DNA of 64,000 nt from Amoebidium appalachense (taxonomy: Eukaryota > Protista > Ichthyosporea): the NCBI GenBank assembly GCA_963693365.1, contig CAVNZM010000008.1, forward strand, positions 6,520,830 through 6,584,829, read 5' to 3'. Positions 37,622-53,343 of this stretch are shown here, piece by piece; position 1 is the stretch's first letter, and the number at the start of each line of letters is the position of its first letter. Under the pieces are notes generated by a model. The model was given only the letters and a program-made list of their open reading frames with translations. It was not told the DNA's origin and ran no database searches. Made by a program: the position numbers and the translations under genes.

Positions 37622-38520
37622 TTTTATAATGACTTTATTGATATGCTCAGCAAAATAGAAGCCATCGAGATATCACCGATATTTCGGAGAAGAAAATACA
37701 AAAGCCCTCACTCTCGGATACGGAGGAGATAACGACTTAAATAATCATACACCCTAGAAAACTCGTTGAACATACCGTGGTTCAACAGATAGTCAATAGA
37801 CGTAATATCAGGATTATCTAAATAAGCCAGTCTTCTAATTTCTAACGGAATAATCTGAGATAAATAAATACATCTATCTAAGTGTTTACGAGAAAAAGGT
37901 TCTGCACAAAAGTGGCACAAACATTTATGGAAACAAAGGTTACAGCGCCAAAATAAACATTTCCAAGCTATATCACAAGGAGAGGTTAGAATTGCAAAAT
38001 CGGTAAGTGTGGTAGGTTTACGAGAGGAAGGATAAATATAAGTAGCTAATTTACACAACGATTGTAAAGAAAATACTGAGTCTCTAATATAAAAAGAAGC
38101 ACAGGCTCAAGAGCCCTACCATGATACTCTTTATCACAACGATGCCATGCAAAGAATATTGAGTATGAAACCAAGTAACATACTGCTGATAACTAGCTGA
38201 AGAGAAAAATAAAGGAGATAAGTATTTTAAAGGATATCTCGGAATGGGAGAGAGATTGGGGATAGGACATTTCGCACGAATAGAAATGCCGGGAACAGGT
38301 GCTAAGGAAGGAAAGAATTGCAACAAAGGATGATAAGAAGGAAGCCTAATTAAATGAGAACAAAAGCGAAGTCCTAATTCATTCATACGCTGGCGGAGGG
38401 AGACCAAAAACACTCAGCAAGGAGCTGCCAAAGGATGCCTGTGACGCGAGGTTCGAGAAATAAACTGGATGAATTCACGCTGAAAGGAATCGAATTCCCG
38501 AAGAGCCGCGCGCTGTTGCC
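37622..38520 (-). mobile_element. 3' fragment of a non-LTR retrotransposon (end of ORF2 and 3' UTR)
   Basis: SLRQRMNELGLRF...LPSYHPLLQ resembles PSQRTHELALRLKF...APTHPLLR of the LINE at ~12540. The Cys/His motif WRCNLCFHKCLCHFCAEPFSRKHLDRC is followed by AATAAA and an A-rich end near 37622. Confidence 0.75.
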
Positions 38521-39184
38521 GTGGAGGGGCACACAAGAGTAACTATACGTTCCCGGAATTTCATTTTTGCACGGTTAGATTTCTTGGGACAGCCTAAAAC
38601 TCGTTTAAGTTGTTATTTTGAAACGAATGATTATCATAAGTGTAAAACACAAGTTTCTCTTCCCCGCTCCTTTTCTCCTTCGGATTAGTAAGCAGTCAAA
38701 TTTCTGCCCGGGATACCATGCACATGCACACCTACCTACGTTAACACATTATGATTCACACACTACCCCTACCTATGCCATTTTAGACTGGAGTGCACGC
38801 GAAGATTTGACGTTCTTCCTCACATCCACTAGTGCTTGTCTGCTGACGCACACATCCATATGACATGCAAAGATACTGTTACCCTTTGCACCCTGCATAG
38901 GTAACCAGTGAGTGAATAATCTACGGTAACCTGACTCAACCCAATATTGACGTTGTAATGCGCAGTAAACTTAGATGACGACTTAACCCCCCCCCCCCCC
39001 CCCCCCCCACCCACCCCCCACCCCCCACCCTCCCCTCCCCCCTCCCCCTCCCCCCGCCCCTCACCCCCCCCCTTCCCCCACCCCACCCCCTTCCCGGCCC
39101 TGGGCACTTGCCACAACCCCCTTTCTATAACTCCATATATTCGAACCCCTTGCACACAGGGTGCATTTCACCTTTTTAATCCTT

Positions 39185-40797
39185 ATGAACGCAGATGGCC
39201 CTCTATCATACCTGCCTCCCGAGCGCATGTTCAAGATTCTGCGCCGTTTACCGCTTGAGTCCAGAAAGTCGTTTTCCCTCGTGTGCCGCAGTTTTACACA
39301 GCTGGCCCGCTCTCCACAAGCCGGCACCTTTGGACTTAGACTTTTCAGATTCGACAAAGACACGATTTGCAACTTGGACGAACTGAGAGTGTGGCATGCA
39401 GCAATCAGCACAATCTACATAGACACGAGGTTGGAGCGAGACGAAGCGGGAGCAGGCCATGCAATTGAGTCGTGAATTGTCCATTCTTTCGGGTGTCGAC
39501 AAAATTGATTTGTGTTTGGCTGGGGACAAAGAGTTCATTCTGACGTTTCTGCATTCCATTTCCGCAAACCTCGAACAGCAAATGAAACGAGTGTGGCTAG
39601 CACATTGGCCGAATTTGACACTTTGGGCGCATCTGTTTTCGACTTTTTCTGGGACAAGTATCCGGTGTTGGAAGAAGTAACCGTGAGCGTTTTGGCGGGC
39701 ATTTTACCTGATCTTCGGTTTCTTGCGGCAAAACCAACCGTCAAGAAATTCGATGTATACCCTGTCGCCTTCAGAGCCTCAATAGAGTGAAGCTTTGGGG
39801 AAATCCACCGGCTGTGCCCAAACCTCGATTCGCTCTTTCTCAGCGGCGCAGTGTCCGGAATTCCGCCGAATTTAGACCTGCGCATACTGGGAACTTGGCA
39901 GATCGTTAAAAAGCACCTGAGTATCCGAACTTCCCACTTGGACATGGGCGGGCCTGGCCAAGATGCACATGTACTGGTGCTGCCGTCCCTTCCGAATTTG
40001 GAAGTTCTCGAGGTTGGCACGGATTGGAAAGTAGACACCCCCGGCATCCACCAGTGGAGCCGTTTGCGTGAAATAGGAATTGAGTGTGGGGGTTTCTCTC
40101 AGGGTTTCCCGGACATTCATGCCCCGCACCTAGAGTCGTTTTCTCTGGTGCTTACACTCGTTTCCGAAGGGGAGCAGCAAGTCACGCGCGAGGTCCCCTT
40201 ATCGTTTCTGGAACGGCACGCGGGAACACTGAAAATGCTACGCCTCACTAGAGCGGTAGTTTCCTTTGCTCACCTGACGCGGATCCTCCCCCCCTCCCCC
40301 CCCCCACCTCTCCCTCCCCCGGGGCCCCATACTATGATATCTAGGCCCAATATTATATGCCCCTTCCCCCCCCCCCCCCCCCCTCCCTCCTCCGGATCCC
40401 CGGACCCCACTTCCCTACCCGGAGGCTCAAGAGCTCCCCCCTTCCCCTTCCCCCCCCCCCCCCCCCCCCCCCAAGGCTTACGGGGGCCCTTCTTCATCGA
40501 GGGGGAGGGGGTGGGGGTGGGGGGGGGTGGGGGGAGGGGGTGGGGGGGAGGGGAAGTGGAAGGCGGGGGTGGATGCATGTCAGCCTAGGTGAATTCAATT
40601 GTTTAACTCCAGTGTGCAGGACTGGTCTGAAGGCTTAAGAAAACAACGAGGAAATGGGGTCCAGTGGAGGTGGTGGTGGTGTTCTGTGTGTGTGTGTACA
40701 CGTGCACGTATGTGTGTGGTTTTTTTAAGGGGTGAGTGGTGGTGGTGGTGGTGGTGGTGGTCACCGTGGTGGTGGTGTGTGTGTCTGGTGTGTGTGT

Positions 40798-40845
<48 letters not shown>

Positions 40846-42360
40846 TAGAAAGAAAAACTGCTCGTGGGTCACTGTTTTTCGTCACTGTATTTGTAACGGG
40901 CCGCTCATATTTATATAACTACTTTAATTTAAGTACACGTGTTCATTATCATATACGATGGCCAAATATAGAAATTTTGGCGTCGAAGTTCTTGGAGCTA
41001 AAAAAACGTTTAAAAGGGGGAAATAATAGCTTGGCCCCAAATTTACCTTGCCGTTTTTAGCGAATGTATTTTTTATTCATGAGTTCTAGTGATTCAGTGA
41101 GTGCACGTGCCTGCCTCAGGCTGATCATGACAACTGCAACACACCATTCCTACATGGATATCAACCAAAAGAAAATAGTATATACTGTGGTGGTCTCCTA
41201 AACCTTGTGCGGCATGCGCATACATGATATTACAGTGACGCATGTGCATATTATTGTTCTGTACACCGGAGTGTGCCGGTGCACGTGGCTGTTTTGTGCA
41301 CATGTTACAATAGCAGCACGATCTCCCTAAACTCCATGTTTACACATCCCTCACCCTGGCTCTGCCTTGTCGGTGCTCCAAAACACACATACAAATCCCC
41401 CTAGACTCAGTGCCTGCACATGGTCGCATTCACGTGCAGGTCACGTGACACATGCGATGCCATACTGCCGTCTACAGCAACAACCACGGCAGCATGTATA
41501 CCGGCCCAGCACGAAATATACTTATCGGCAGCCCACTGAACTCGCCCATTTTCTCTTTTTCATGTATGTCCCTCCTTTTTTGTAAAATCACCCTTTTTGG
41601 CCTCCCGGTAGTGGATTTTGCAGGATTTGACTTCTTTGAGGTCCAAAAACCTCAAATTTTCCCCGGCGGGGCCGGGGAGGGAGAATTCAAAAATTGCCCG
41701 CTCCTGATATGGTACCCGGGCCGATTACCGATTGTGGGAGTCCAGCAGCGGTAGCGGGGACACCGTTCTGTTTAGACATCATGCCACGTTTGCGTTCCCT
41801 CACCATTTCCGGAAACAGCGAAAGTATCGGGGATTTGACTACGTTTCCCAAACTGCAAAAACTTTGTGTGAGTGATTGTGCGAGTGTATGCGTGGAAACA
41901 CTCAAACCACCCCAGTTTATTGAGAGCATATATACGCGTTACTGGTGTGGGCGTGAGAAAGTTGTTTCATATCGACCACGAGTACTTGAGTTACCTCTGC
42001 ATTTGGAGGTGCAGTGATTTGACAACACTCGGCGACGTACCTATGTTTGCCCGGTCGCTGAAGAGAGTAACCATATTATGACAATGCCCCAATTTGATTA
42101 ACATCGATTCGCTCTCCGGTGCCGTTGCCATGACAGACCTTTTTCTATGGGACCTCGGTTCGTTGCATACAGTTGAAGGCCTGAGGGGCCACCCGAACCT
42201 GGTCAGCCTTCCCGTCTTTCAAATGTCCCATGTGGACCTTTCTCCGATCACGACATGCCCCAAAATCAAAGCGGTGTGGGGAGCTACCAGCCCCCAAATG
42301 GATTCCATAAGGGAGGTTAACGTTGTAAGTTACCACAATTTAAAACCGATTGATGTTAAA
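39185..42360 (+). pseudogene. F-box / leucine-rich-repeat protein pseudogene, interrupted by ~1.3 kb of repeat-rich sequence (~40285-41580)
   Basis: N-terminal F-box-like LSYLPPERMFKILRRLPLESRKSFSLVCRSFTQLA. LRR-like units CPNLDSLFLS, LPNLEVLEV, MPRLRSLTIS, FPKLQKLCV and HPNLVSL. In-frame TGA at ~39473, ~39788 and ~42079, plus frameshifts. Confidence 0.75.
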
Positions 42361-42932
42361 AAAAGGTTAGCCCCTCTCTCTCCCCCCCCCCCCCCCCCCC
42401 TTCTTTTCCTCCAACAACACATCCACGAACACATGTATGTGTACACACCCGCACGCGCACACACACACACACACACAGTCTGCCTGTCTCTATAGTTCCC
42501 TTGCCTCCCTTTATCGTACCTGTGTTCCTGTCGGACTTCCTTCAGCAGCGTTTTAACTCGCTCCCTCTCTCTCTTTCACCCATCTTTCTCTCTTTACCCC
42601 CCCCACCCCCGCCCCCCTCACCCTCACCCTTTCTCCCGCTCTCCCTCTCCCTTCTTCGGTTTCCCTCTTTCTCTTCTCCCTATCCCTCATCCCCTTTTTC
42701 TCCCCTTTCGTCACCACACGCACACACATACACATACACACACTCACTTGCGCACACACGGCCCATCCCACCCGCCCTGCTTCCACCTCTCCCTCCCTCC
42801 CTCCCTCCTTCCCTCCCTGTCTCCCTCCCCCTCTCCCTCCCTGCATCTATCTGTGTTAAATATCTGCTTTATCTGCATGGTTTTTCCGGTATGATCTCTG
42901 TGCTTCCCACACATTCCACCACTGAATCACTT

Positions 42933-42972
<40 letters not shown>

Positions 42973-44077
42973 ACAAAAAAAAAAGCTTCGTGTCCTTGCC
43001 TCATTTTTTGCCATCAAAGGCTTATGGACCCCCCCCCCCCCCCCCCCCCCCCTTCCCCCCCCATCCCCACTCCATCCATCCCCCACCCAATCCCAGAAGA
43101 GAAAGCCCCGGGCTAAATCAGATAAAAGCGAAACAAACACAAACATGTACGCATGCTAATATCATCGTGAACACACTAATGATTATAACGGTTTTGAGTT
43201 TTGACCACCCTGCCCCCCCCCCCCCCCCCTCCCCCCCCCCCCCCCCCCTCCCAACACCACCTACACCACAACCACCAGCGTTCAGCGATCAGTTTTTTTT
43301 TCCGTTTCTGTGGGAGGTCTGTGAGCGGAGTCATGTGGTGGGCTGCAGGGAGTGCTGTGGCCGTGGGCTTGCGGCTGCGCCCTGCAAAAAGGCAATGTCG
43401 AGACAGCAGGGGGGCAGGGGTGGGGTTGACCTTTGCCTGGTTCAACAAAATTTTTATTTGAAAATTAGTTGTTGCTTTTCTGGTGTTTAATTCAGGCGGT
43501 TTGAGTGTTGTTTGTTTGTTTGTCTGTTTTGATTTCAAAGTAAACAGGAGGGTGTGGCGCCGTGTAGACATGTAGCTTGTTTTGTTTCCTGATTCTTTTG
43601 CCCTTGCTAGCTAGCATCGGCAGGTATCTTGCAAGTAAGTACGTGTGCATATGTATTTCTTGTTTTCTCTCGCCTATCTTCCTTTTATCCTTTCGTGTTT
43701 TTTTATTTTTATATTTTTTAGTTTCATTATTTTTTTTTATTATTTATTTTTTTTTTATTTATTTTTTTTTTTTTGGTGGTGGTGGGGGGGGGGGGGGGGG
43801 GGGGGAGGCGCTGGCTTCTGATTGAACATGGCCGGGTTTGGCTGACCAGAGATTTACGTATATACGGTTGTTTTTACCCAAACAGAGCACACACTAAGAT
43901 TGAAACTCGGAGAACAAAAATGACCATTCTCGAAAGGTGAATTGGGTTGATGGTTTCCGTTTTACTTTACTGCAGTGAAATATGACACCTGAGGTTCTCT
44001 CTGTTGTTTTGTTTTGGCGCCTGTGTATATGTGTCTGTGTTGTGTGTGTGTGTGTGTGTGTGTGGGTGGGGTGGGGT

Positions 44078-44108
<31 letters not shown>

Positions 44109-44867
44109 TGATATGGAGATGGAGATACGTTGGGTGTGTGTGTTTGGGGGGGGGGGGGGGGGGGGGGAGAAAGATATGTACGATTTGGCTCAAATTCTTA
44201 ATTCTTTCTTCCATCGCAGACACAACCTCTGTCCAATCAATCCTAATAAATCAGATGGTTTCGTTAGTAAGTCAATATATAGCTCTTTTTTCAAATCACA
44301 GCACATACACCTACTGTCGTTTGACTCTGCCCACATGCATATGTGCCCAAATACCACCAGTACGTGGGCTCTTCTCTGCCTCTGTGGCTTTTTCTTGCAA
44401 ACCGTTGGAATGTTGGAATGTATCGTTATCCATTATCTGTTTACTGATAGAACAATTCATGAGACATGATTGGGTGTAAATCATGCAGTTATGCCACGTG
44501 CTACGTCTCCATCGCAACCGCCGGCCGGTTAGGGATGGAATGGAGCAATTATAAATTTCAAAATGCGAATCAGTGTGTGACATGTAAACAGAGCGCATGT
44601 GTTACAATGATGCATGTTTGATGCAACAGATACAGGCGTGTGCGCTGTGCAAGCTTTGTGTTCGAATTCAGCATCGTTTGTGCATATATATGCATGGCAT
44701 GCACTGAGTGTTCCGGGACTTCCCCCCCCCCTCCCCCCCCCCTCCCCCCCCCCCCCCCCCCTCTCTCCCCGGGGCTTGCCCGCCATCCTCCCCCTTCCCG
44801 CCCCTCCCCTCACCCTCCGGGGAGTCTCTGAGAGACTCTCGGGACAGTGACTGTTTTTTCTTGGAAG

Positions 44868-44932
<65 letters not shown>

Positions 44933-44943
44933 ATGTGTGTGTG

Positions 44944-44983
<40 letters not shown>

Positions 44984-45040
44984 CATGTGCGTGTTTTTGT
45001 GTGCATGTGAGTGTCTTTCCGCGCGCACGCACGCACGTGC

Positions 45041-45171
<131 letters not shown>

Positions 45172-45873
45172 ACGTCTTTGTGTGCATGTGAGTGTGTGTG
45201 TGTCTTTGTATGCGCGTGTGTGTGTGTGTGTGTGGATCAGCCTGATGTGTTTAGCATACCGATATACATCGTCTTATGCATGTAGCCAACTCACATGGGC
45301 AGTTGTTTGTGCTTTGATCAGCAACCAGAACTAGCATAGCCCCCCTTCCCTCCTCCTGCTCCCTCCCTCCCTTCCCCCCCCCCCTCCCCCCCGATCCTTC
45401 CCCCCCCCCCCCCCTCGCTCGCCCCCTCCCCCCCTCCCCCCCTCCCCCCTCCCCCCCCCCCCCGCCCGCACACACGTGTACACCCCCCGCCCGCCCGCTC
45501 GCATACACACACGCACACACGCACACACGCACACACACGCAAGAGGAGGGGGAGGGTGGGGGAGGGTGTGGGGGGAGGGGGAGGGCAGAAGAAGGTGGTG
45601 AAAAAGAGGAGAGGGAGCAGGAAATCTTTACGACCTACAAAAGTGCCCTAAGTATTTCCAAGCGCAAGAGGTATACCAAGAACCCACTTACATGAGGAAA
45701 TGATTAGGAACGGGATGTGTGTTTGATTTTCAATGATTTTTCATTGTTTTTTATTTTGATTTTTTGGAGGGGGGGGGGGGGGGGGGGGGGGGAGAGGGGG
45801 GGGGGGGGTATGATTTTATTGTAAATTTTATTTTGATTCAAGTCATCATTTTTGTTTTCTTTTTTTTTTTTTT

Positions 45874-45904
<31 letters not shown>

Positions 45905-46570
45905 GGGGAAGGGACAAGCATAAGAATTAAAAAACCTCAGCCATCTTATGTAAATTGACTATTAATAAACGATCTTGTACTTCCTGTAAGTTTATGCACA
46001 TTACCTTCTTCTTTTTTTTTTTTTTTTTAGTCTTTAAGATGAACGTCCTATTGTGTGTTGTTTGGAGAATACAAAGGGCATGTACACGGAGCTTCCTTGC
46101 CCACCAATTCTTCTCCCTCCCCCCCCCCCCCCCCCCTTCCCGCCACGCACGCCCGCACGCCCGCACGCCCGCACGCACGCACGAACACACCCATGCACGC
46201 ACGTACGCACACACGCACGCACGCACACGAGAAAAAAAAGGAGGGGCCAAAAGAAGAAGATGAAGAAGTAGAATATGGGGGAACGGGAAGTGAAAACGAT
46301 CTACACAAGTAAAAAAGTATTTCCAACCGCAAGAGGTATACCAATACATAACCAAATGTAGATTGCTAGACCACACAATATTGCAACTGCGCACACACGA
46401 CACATTCACAGCAGACACCCCGACACATCATGAGCTTGCCCAATGACCATCATTTCCGAAAGTTTATAAGTTCTACTAAACACATGTGGCTATGATCAGT
46501 TTATTTGGTGTATTGATTGGCTTGAGAAACAACCCACGAAACTGAAACTCTTACCACACACACACACTGT

Positions 46571-46654
<84 letters not shown>

Positions 46655-46736
46655 CACACACGCACATATGCATCAAGAGAAGGGTGCATCTGTGACACAC
46701 ACACACACACATACACACACACACACACAAACATCC

Positions 46737-46772
<36 letters not shown>

Positions 46773-46846
46773 TCACACGCACACGCACACACACATATCC
46801 CACACACACACACGCACACACACATACACATGCACACACACGCACA

Positions 46847-46886
<40 letters not shown>

Positions 46887-47197
46887 ACCAGCTGATGTCT
46901 AGTGGAGCTCAAACCTACCCAGGGGAGCTCAAAAAAAAAAAAAAAAAAAAAAAAGCCGGGGATCCCATTGGCAACCATAATTTATTTTCTTCTTGGTTCG
47001 TACGGCACTTCTAAAGTTTTAGAAAACCTTGATCATAATAATCTGCACCCGACCTCCATTTTTTGTACCTAATCATTATATATTCTGTTGGGAAATACTA
47101 AGCAAAACCCCCCATCAGGCTGAGACCTGGTCTCTCTGTGCATCGAATAAACAGTGTAACCCCTCCCCCCCCCTCCCCCCTCCCTCCCTCTTGCAAC

Positions 47198-47651
<454 letters not shown>

Positions 47652-48051
47652 CCCCCCCCCCCCCCCCACCTCTCTCCCTCTGTTTCCCTCCCCCTCTCCC
47701 CCCCCCCTCCCCTCTCCCCTCTCCCCCCCCCCCCCCCCTCCGCCCTCTCCCCCCTCTCCCCCCCCCCCTCTCTCTCTTTCTCTCGAGTCCCTTTCCGAGG
47801 CTCTCTTTCTCAGAATCTCGCTCTCCCTCTATCTAAGAATCAAAGTTTGATGGGTGTTGGGGGGGAACTAGAGTTGCGTGTGAGGGAGCAGTGGCGGAGA
47901 GGTGGGTGGGGGGAGGGGGAGGGAGGGGGGAGGGGGAAGGGAGGGAGGGGGGGGGGGGGGGGGGGGGGGGACCATCCATATGTGAACGGTCAGGTGTGTA
48001 TGTTTGTGTAAATGTGTATGTGTGTGTGTGTGTGTGTTTTTTTTGGGGGGG

Positions 48052-48085
<34 letters not shown>

Positions 48086-48407
48086 GGGAGGGGGGGTCGC
48101 CCACAAGTTGCATATATTTATATATCATCTATCAGTCGTATATATTCATATATATTTACACCACATAGGCATATATATACATATATTTACATATATTCAT
48201 CATGATCATCATGATATACATTTATGTACTAAGGCTGTCTGAACACACGGGAAGTCTGTGCAAGTCTGACCTGCACCAGGCAGGGGCGCCTCTAATATCG
48301 TGACACCATTTAAATCACGCATCTGATTGACCCTTTAGAGTAGGTCCTGATTGGATCGTTTCCCAGGCACCAAATGAGATCAGCGGATAGTATTGGCCAA
48401 CAGGACA

Positions 48408-48443
<36 letters not shown>

Positions 48444-49136
48444 CCCCCCGCCGCGCGTGGGAAAGCTTCCGACGTCCCGCAGCTTCCCTGGGGTGCTATG
48501 CCGGGCTGGGGAACTACCTATGGGGGAAGCTGTCTTTTTGCTGATTCTTCCCCTTTTGCGTAGGTTGCCATATTTTGGGCTTGCCATTTTTGGGCAGTTA
48601 TCGGGTGTGTGTGTGTGTGTGTGTGTGTATGACGGAAATGAGCTATTTCTTTCCTACTTCCATTCCTATATCTATTCCTTTTTCGCCAGTGCCTTATTTT
48701 AACAAGGTGTACCTAAAAACCTCGGGGTTTGAGGAGGGAAACACTCTCAGAAACCCCCCTGGGTAAATTCTTCCTTAAGTTAACCCTTTTGTCATATTTG
48801 GGCATTGGAATGCCGCATGGTGTCCGTACCAGCTGGACGACCAGAGAGCGAGTGTGCAATTTAGTCAGCATTGCTTGTATGTAGTCGGTCAGCGAGTTCA
48901 AGTGTTACTCAGTTGCTCATTTTTTCGTAGGTTTGCCTTAGTTAAGGCTTTAGTGGGTTGGGGGAGGGGAGGGGAGGAGTTTGGGGGGGGGGGAATGGGG
49001 GGGAGGGGGGGGAGGGGGGCTCGTGCATGTGCATATATATGTGTTCGTGCGTTTGTGCATGCGAAACGTGCGTGTGATGTGGTTGTATATGTACAGGCAT
49101 GTGTTCGTTACTGTGTGTGTATACTTTTTTTTTTTT

Positions 49137-49170
<34 letters not shown>

Positions 49171-49295
49171 TATGCTTTTACCTTTGTTGAAATTGAATCC
49201 CCCCCCTCCCCCCCCCCCCCCCCCCTTTTTTTTTTTTTTGAGTTGGTCTTTTCTTTGTGGGAAGAGTGGGGGGGAGGGGTGGGGTGGGGTGGGGT

Positions 49296-49335
<40 letters not shown>

Positions 49336-49530
49336 CTCGTGAAAACTCTGTGTAATGTATTTTTTTTTTTTTTTTTTGATTCCTGCGCTAAGTGTATGTG
49401 TTGTTGTATGTGGGGGGGAAAATTTTTTTCTTCTTCTTCTTCTTTTTTTTTTGTATGAATGTAGTGGTGTAGCAGTGTAATGTGTGAGTGGGTGTGGATT
49501 TTTTGTGTTTTTCCCTTTGTGTCCGGGGAA

Positions 49531-49572
<42 letters not shown>

Positions 49573-49893
49573 CTTGCGTAAATACATTGTTTCGTTGCCA
49601 TTTTTGGCAGTTGGGTGGTCTGCTGTTCCGGCTTAGCAGTTGCCACTTTTCAATAATAGTGCAGACCTGCTGCATTAAAATTCAAACTTTATTCCGTTGT
49701 TATTATTATTGCTGTTGGGGTAATAATTTGCGTATATACGTTAAGTACCATTCGCCTAGATACATGACATATATTACATCGTTGCAGCAAAAATTAACCC
49801 AGTAGTCCTCGTGGCTGAGGTGTTGATGGTGAGGTGGCGAATCCCTCAGTTTCTGTGTTTACGGAAGTGTTAATGCTTTGCCTTTTTTAGGTC

Positions 49894-50559
49894 TTAGTTA
49901 ATGCGTGCATGTCTCCGGCAGTTATAAGGGTATTTTGGTTTGCACGTGCTGCTAGCTGGGCCGGCGGGGGAAGTACTTAACCCTTGTGGTGCTACACGAT
50001 ACTGCACACCAGCCACAGAGAATCCTGTTTTTTCACGTGACTCGGCGTCTAGCAGTATTTGGTAAAAGGCACCAGACATATCAGCTTTACAGAAATACTT
50101 ATACCCAGCCAACTTCTCTATTTGTTGTTGCAAGTTGGGCATGGGCCAGGCAGATTTTCAAATTTGCTTGTTATGGGCACGAAAATCGGTCAACAGGCGG
50201 TATTTTCCGTTCGGTTTTCGTATTACAAAAGTGGGTGAATTATACTGACTGTGTGCCTGTTCCATATGCCCTCGTCGACACATATCCTCTACAATCTCCT
50301 TTGCAGCCTGCTCTTTCACCTGTTCCAACCTCCACTGTTTTAATCGAATCGGTGGGTTATCTCCCGTGTCGATGTGCATGGTAAATCCTTTAATCTGAGG
50401 AAATTCATCGGGGTCCGTAGTGATGAAGCAACGAGAGTGTGCTTCTAATAGTTTCTTAACATCCGGAAGCATACTCTGAGGCACCATTTTCCAATCAAAA
50501 CCGTGGGGAACCTGGCCGGCATCGTGTGCACCCCCACCCAAAATTTCCGAAATTTTACG

Positions 50560-50593
<34 letters not shown>

Positions 50594-52400
50594 CTGTGAT
50601 CAACGGCACACATTGATTGGTCGATCGGTGGGTGTATTGGACCGCCTCGTCCCACTCACATGCCCTTCGTGCCCACACATGTTATCGGTAGGCACCCGGC
50701 CCGGTGGCACTGCCGGAGGTGAATCAGGCAGGCAGCCTTCTCCACCCCCCGTTGCCCACCTGATGCACTGCGCTATTGCACCAACGACGGTTTGTGTACG
50801 ACTGGGGTGGGGTTCGGCTTGCAAAACACTCAGCTCGTGTATGTACTCATGTCGGCTCGTAGGGACGAAATGACCGATGGTTCCGAACACGTTCAAATCC
50901 GGACCCACACCATTCTCGCACACAACAGAAATAGATTATCCACACTAATTTCACACATGGTAGGGGGGAACTTATCTCGAAACTCACGAGTAGGCTCGAA
51001 GATACCGAGGGTGCCAGCAGCAGCAGCAGCAGCAGTCACCTGCACCGTTGCACGTAATACACATCCGAAGCCAGACTTGACGGTGGTGTCGTGCTTGACG
51101 GTAACAGGACACATCGTGTAGGGGGTGTACAGAGAAGACGTCGGCACCACCATACCCGACACAAGTGTTAGTGAGTGTGCTTGGTGATTAGTGGTGGCAA
51201 TGTGTTTGTTGGCAAAATCGTTCCCAAGAATCATGTCATGCTTAATATTCTTAATCACTAAGCAAGGCCACATGCACGTTTGAGAACCGAGGCATAACGG
51301 GAGCATCACTTCACCACACACAGCTAGAGCCTTATCGTTTTTTCGTACAGAAGTAACAATCACATCAGAGGGAAGCGAAGCAAACTCATGCATGTGACGG
51401 GAAAAAAAGAGCCTCACTAACCACAGTGAATGATGCCCCAGTGTCAAACAATGCAAAATATTTCTCATTACTCAACGTAACATTAACATAGATACGCCTT
51501 CCTGCATCGCAAATGGCACTGATATCGAACACCTTACTTATTCTATCGTGTGTCCGGAGTTTCTTTGTGGGAGGGGGTGGGTGTGGGGGGGGTGGGGGGG
51601 GGGGTCGGGGGAAAGGGGCTCGGAGGGGGGAATATCGGAAGAAGCCGGGGCAGAAGCACTTGGTATAGGCACAGATTTAATTACTTCTTCGTGACCCGCT
51701 GGGTTACCATGTGCAATTCGTGCCGTATCCGTGCATCTAGCACCGGCAATTACCTATTTATCATTCTGCTTGCCCTTATTCTTCTTAGTAGCACGGGTGG
51801 GGCAATCCTTAAAACGATGCCCCGGCTGCTTACATACCCAACAATTGGGCCCCCTCTTGTCTTTCTTCTTATCGTCTTTAGACCATTTGCCCCCCCCCGT
51901 TAAATTTGCAATTACCACCACCGTGACCCCCACTACCACCGTGGCCTACCCCGTGACCACCACCACCACCACCACCATGCCCCCCACCACCACCACCCAT
52001 CTCATCAACACCACCCACATTACGGTTACAACGAAGATTATTAGCACCCACATCTGCTTCATACCGTCTAATGACACGAGCCATAGCTTGCTTGAGGGTT
52101 GTGGCTGCCCGGGCCTCCGAACAAAGGTCCGGGTAATTGTTGAGGGTCCGTTGATAGTGGTGGAGCACGACCTCAGGCATGTTCTTTAAACCCGTATTCG
52201 AGACGATGCAGTTGAATTTCTTGTGGAAGGTTTTGATCGAGGCCCGAGTGTGCATAAAACGGAGCTTATTCAGCTCGTCCAAATGCTCCTCCTTACGTTC
52301 CACATGTAGGAGTGAAATCCACCCTTCTGTTCATCTTCTGAGCGCCAACCTTGCTTGCATAGGAGGAGAGATTTGAAGTGCCTGTAATAATGTTCGCCAT
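49894..52400 (-). mobile_element. Ty3/Gypsy-type LTR retrotransposon remnant (gag, zinc knuckle, protease, partial RT)
   Basis: CCHC knuckle CWVCKQPGHRFKDC (~51811-51850). Protease C-terminal motif DMILGNDF. RT N-terminus IDTGDNPPIR...YNSPTFVIRKPNGKYRLLTDFR...MPNL...FCKADMSGAFYQI...KTGF...APQGLSTSPA. Truncated before YxDD, with frameshifts; no LTR pair identified. Confidence 0.9.
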
Positions 52401-53231
52401 GTGTTTCAGGTGCGAGGTCTGTGAAAGTGGTGATTGCATTTTTTTTTAACGGTTGGCGAGCAAGACAACTTAACGACTATTATGTCTAGCTCGAGTAATA
52501 CAATAGAATAGAATATAGTATATGTAGAAATACGAGGTGAATTCTGCCAAAAACGACGAAAAAGAAACTGTATAACAACACACAGCGTCTAGGAATGTAT
52601 ACTCTAGAACTAAGAAATAACAGAAATGTACCCAAACAAAGACTGTAACTGCAAGATCTAGATGTTTTAACACTGGCCCACGCCTGGCCATGGCAGCCCT
52701 GGGTGGAACACAAGGAAATCTTGTGTTTTAGAAGGAGGTGCCGCAAGTGTACTGAGCATAATAGAGCATCATACATGTTAACTGGTAAAAAAGGAGCTGC
52801 ATGCATACACCGTGAAAGGGATACGGATGCGACACGTGCGGAGCCGCCGGGAGGTTTTGCCTTTGCGAGTCATCTGATCTATTCGGGTCTATCAGGCAGC
52901 AAGTACAGCCAATCAAATCGCAGAATATATAACGTAGCAACTAACTTACTGATAAATATCAAATAGTTGCTAAGTAAGCTTATTTTTCTAAAGTTATAAC
53001 CATATATGGAGCTCATTGTTGTGTCACAGCGAATCGTCTATTGATCGATTTGGTGCCGTGGCCACCGACCTTCCGGCGCGACCTGCGCATGCGGCCCGGG
53101 GCTCTCACCTGACTCGAATTGAGGGGGCACTGTGTGCAAGAATGGTATCCTTCTTCGATTCTATAAATTTATTCATTCCTATCCCCCCCCCCCCCCCCCC
53201 CCCCCCCCTCAGACGTGCCCCTCCCCCTCCC

Positions 53232-53343
<112 letters not shown>

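Noticed and set aside
52400-52980. 5' LTR and primer-binding site of the Gypsy element
   Set aside because: No second LTR copy was found in the window and no convincing tRNA-complementary PBS.
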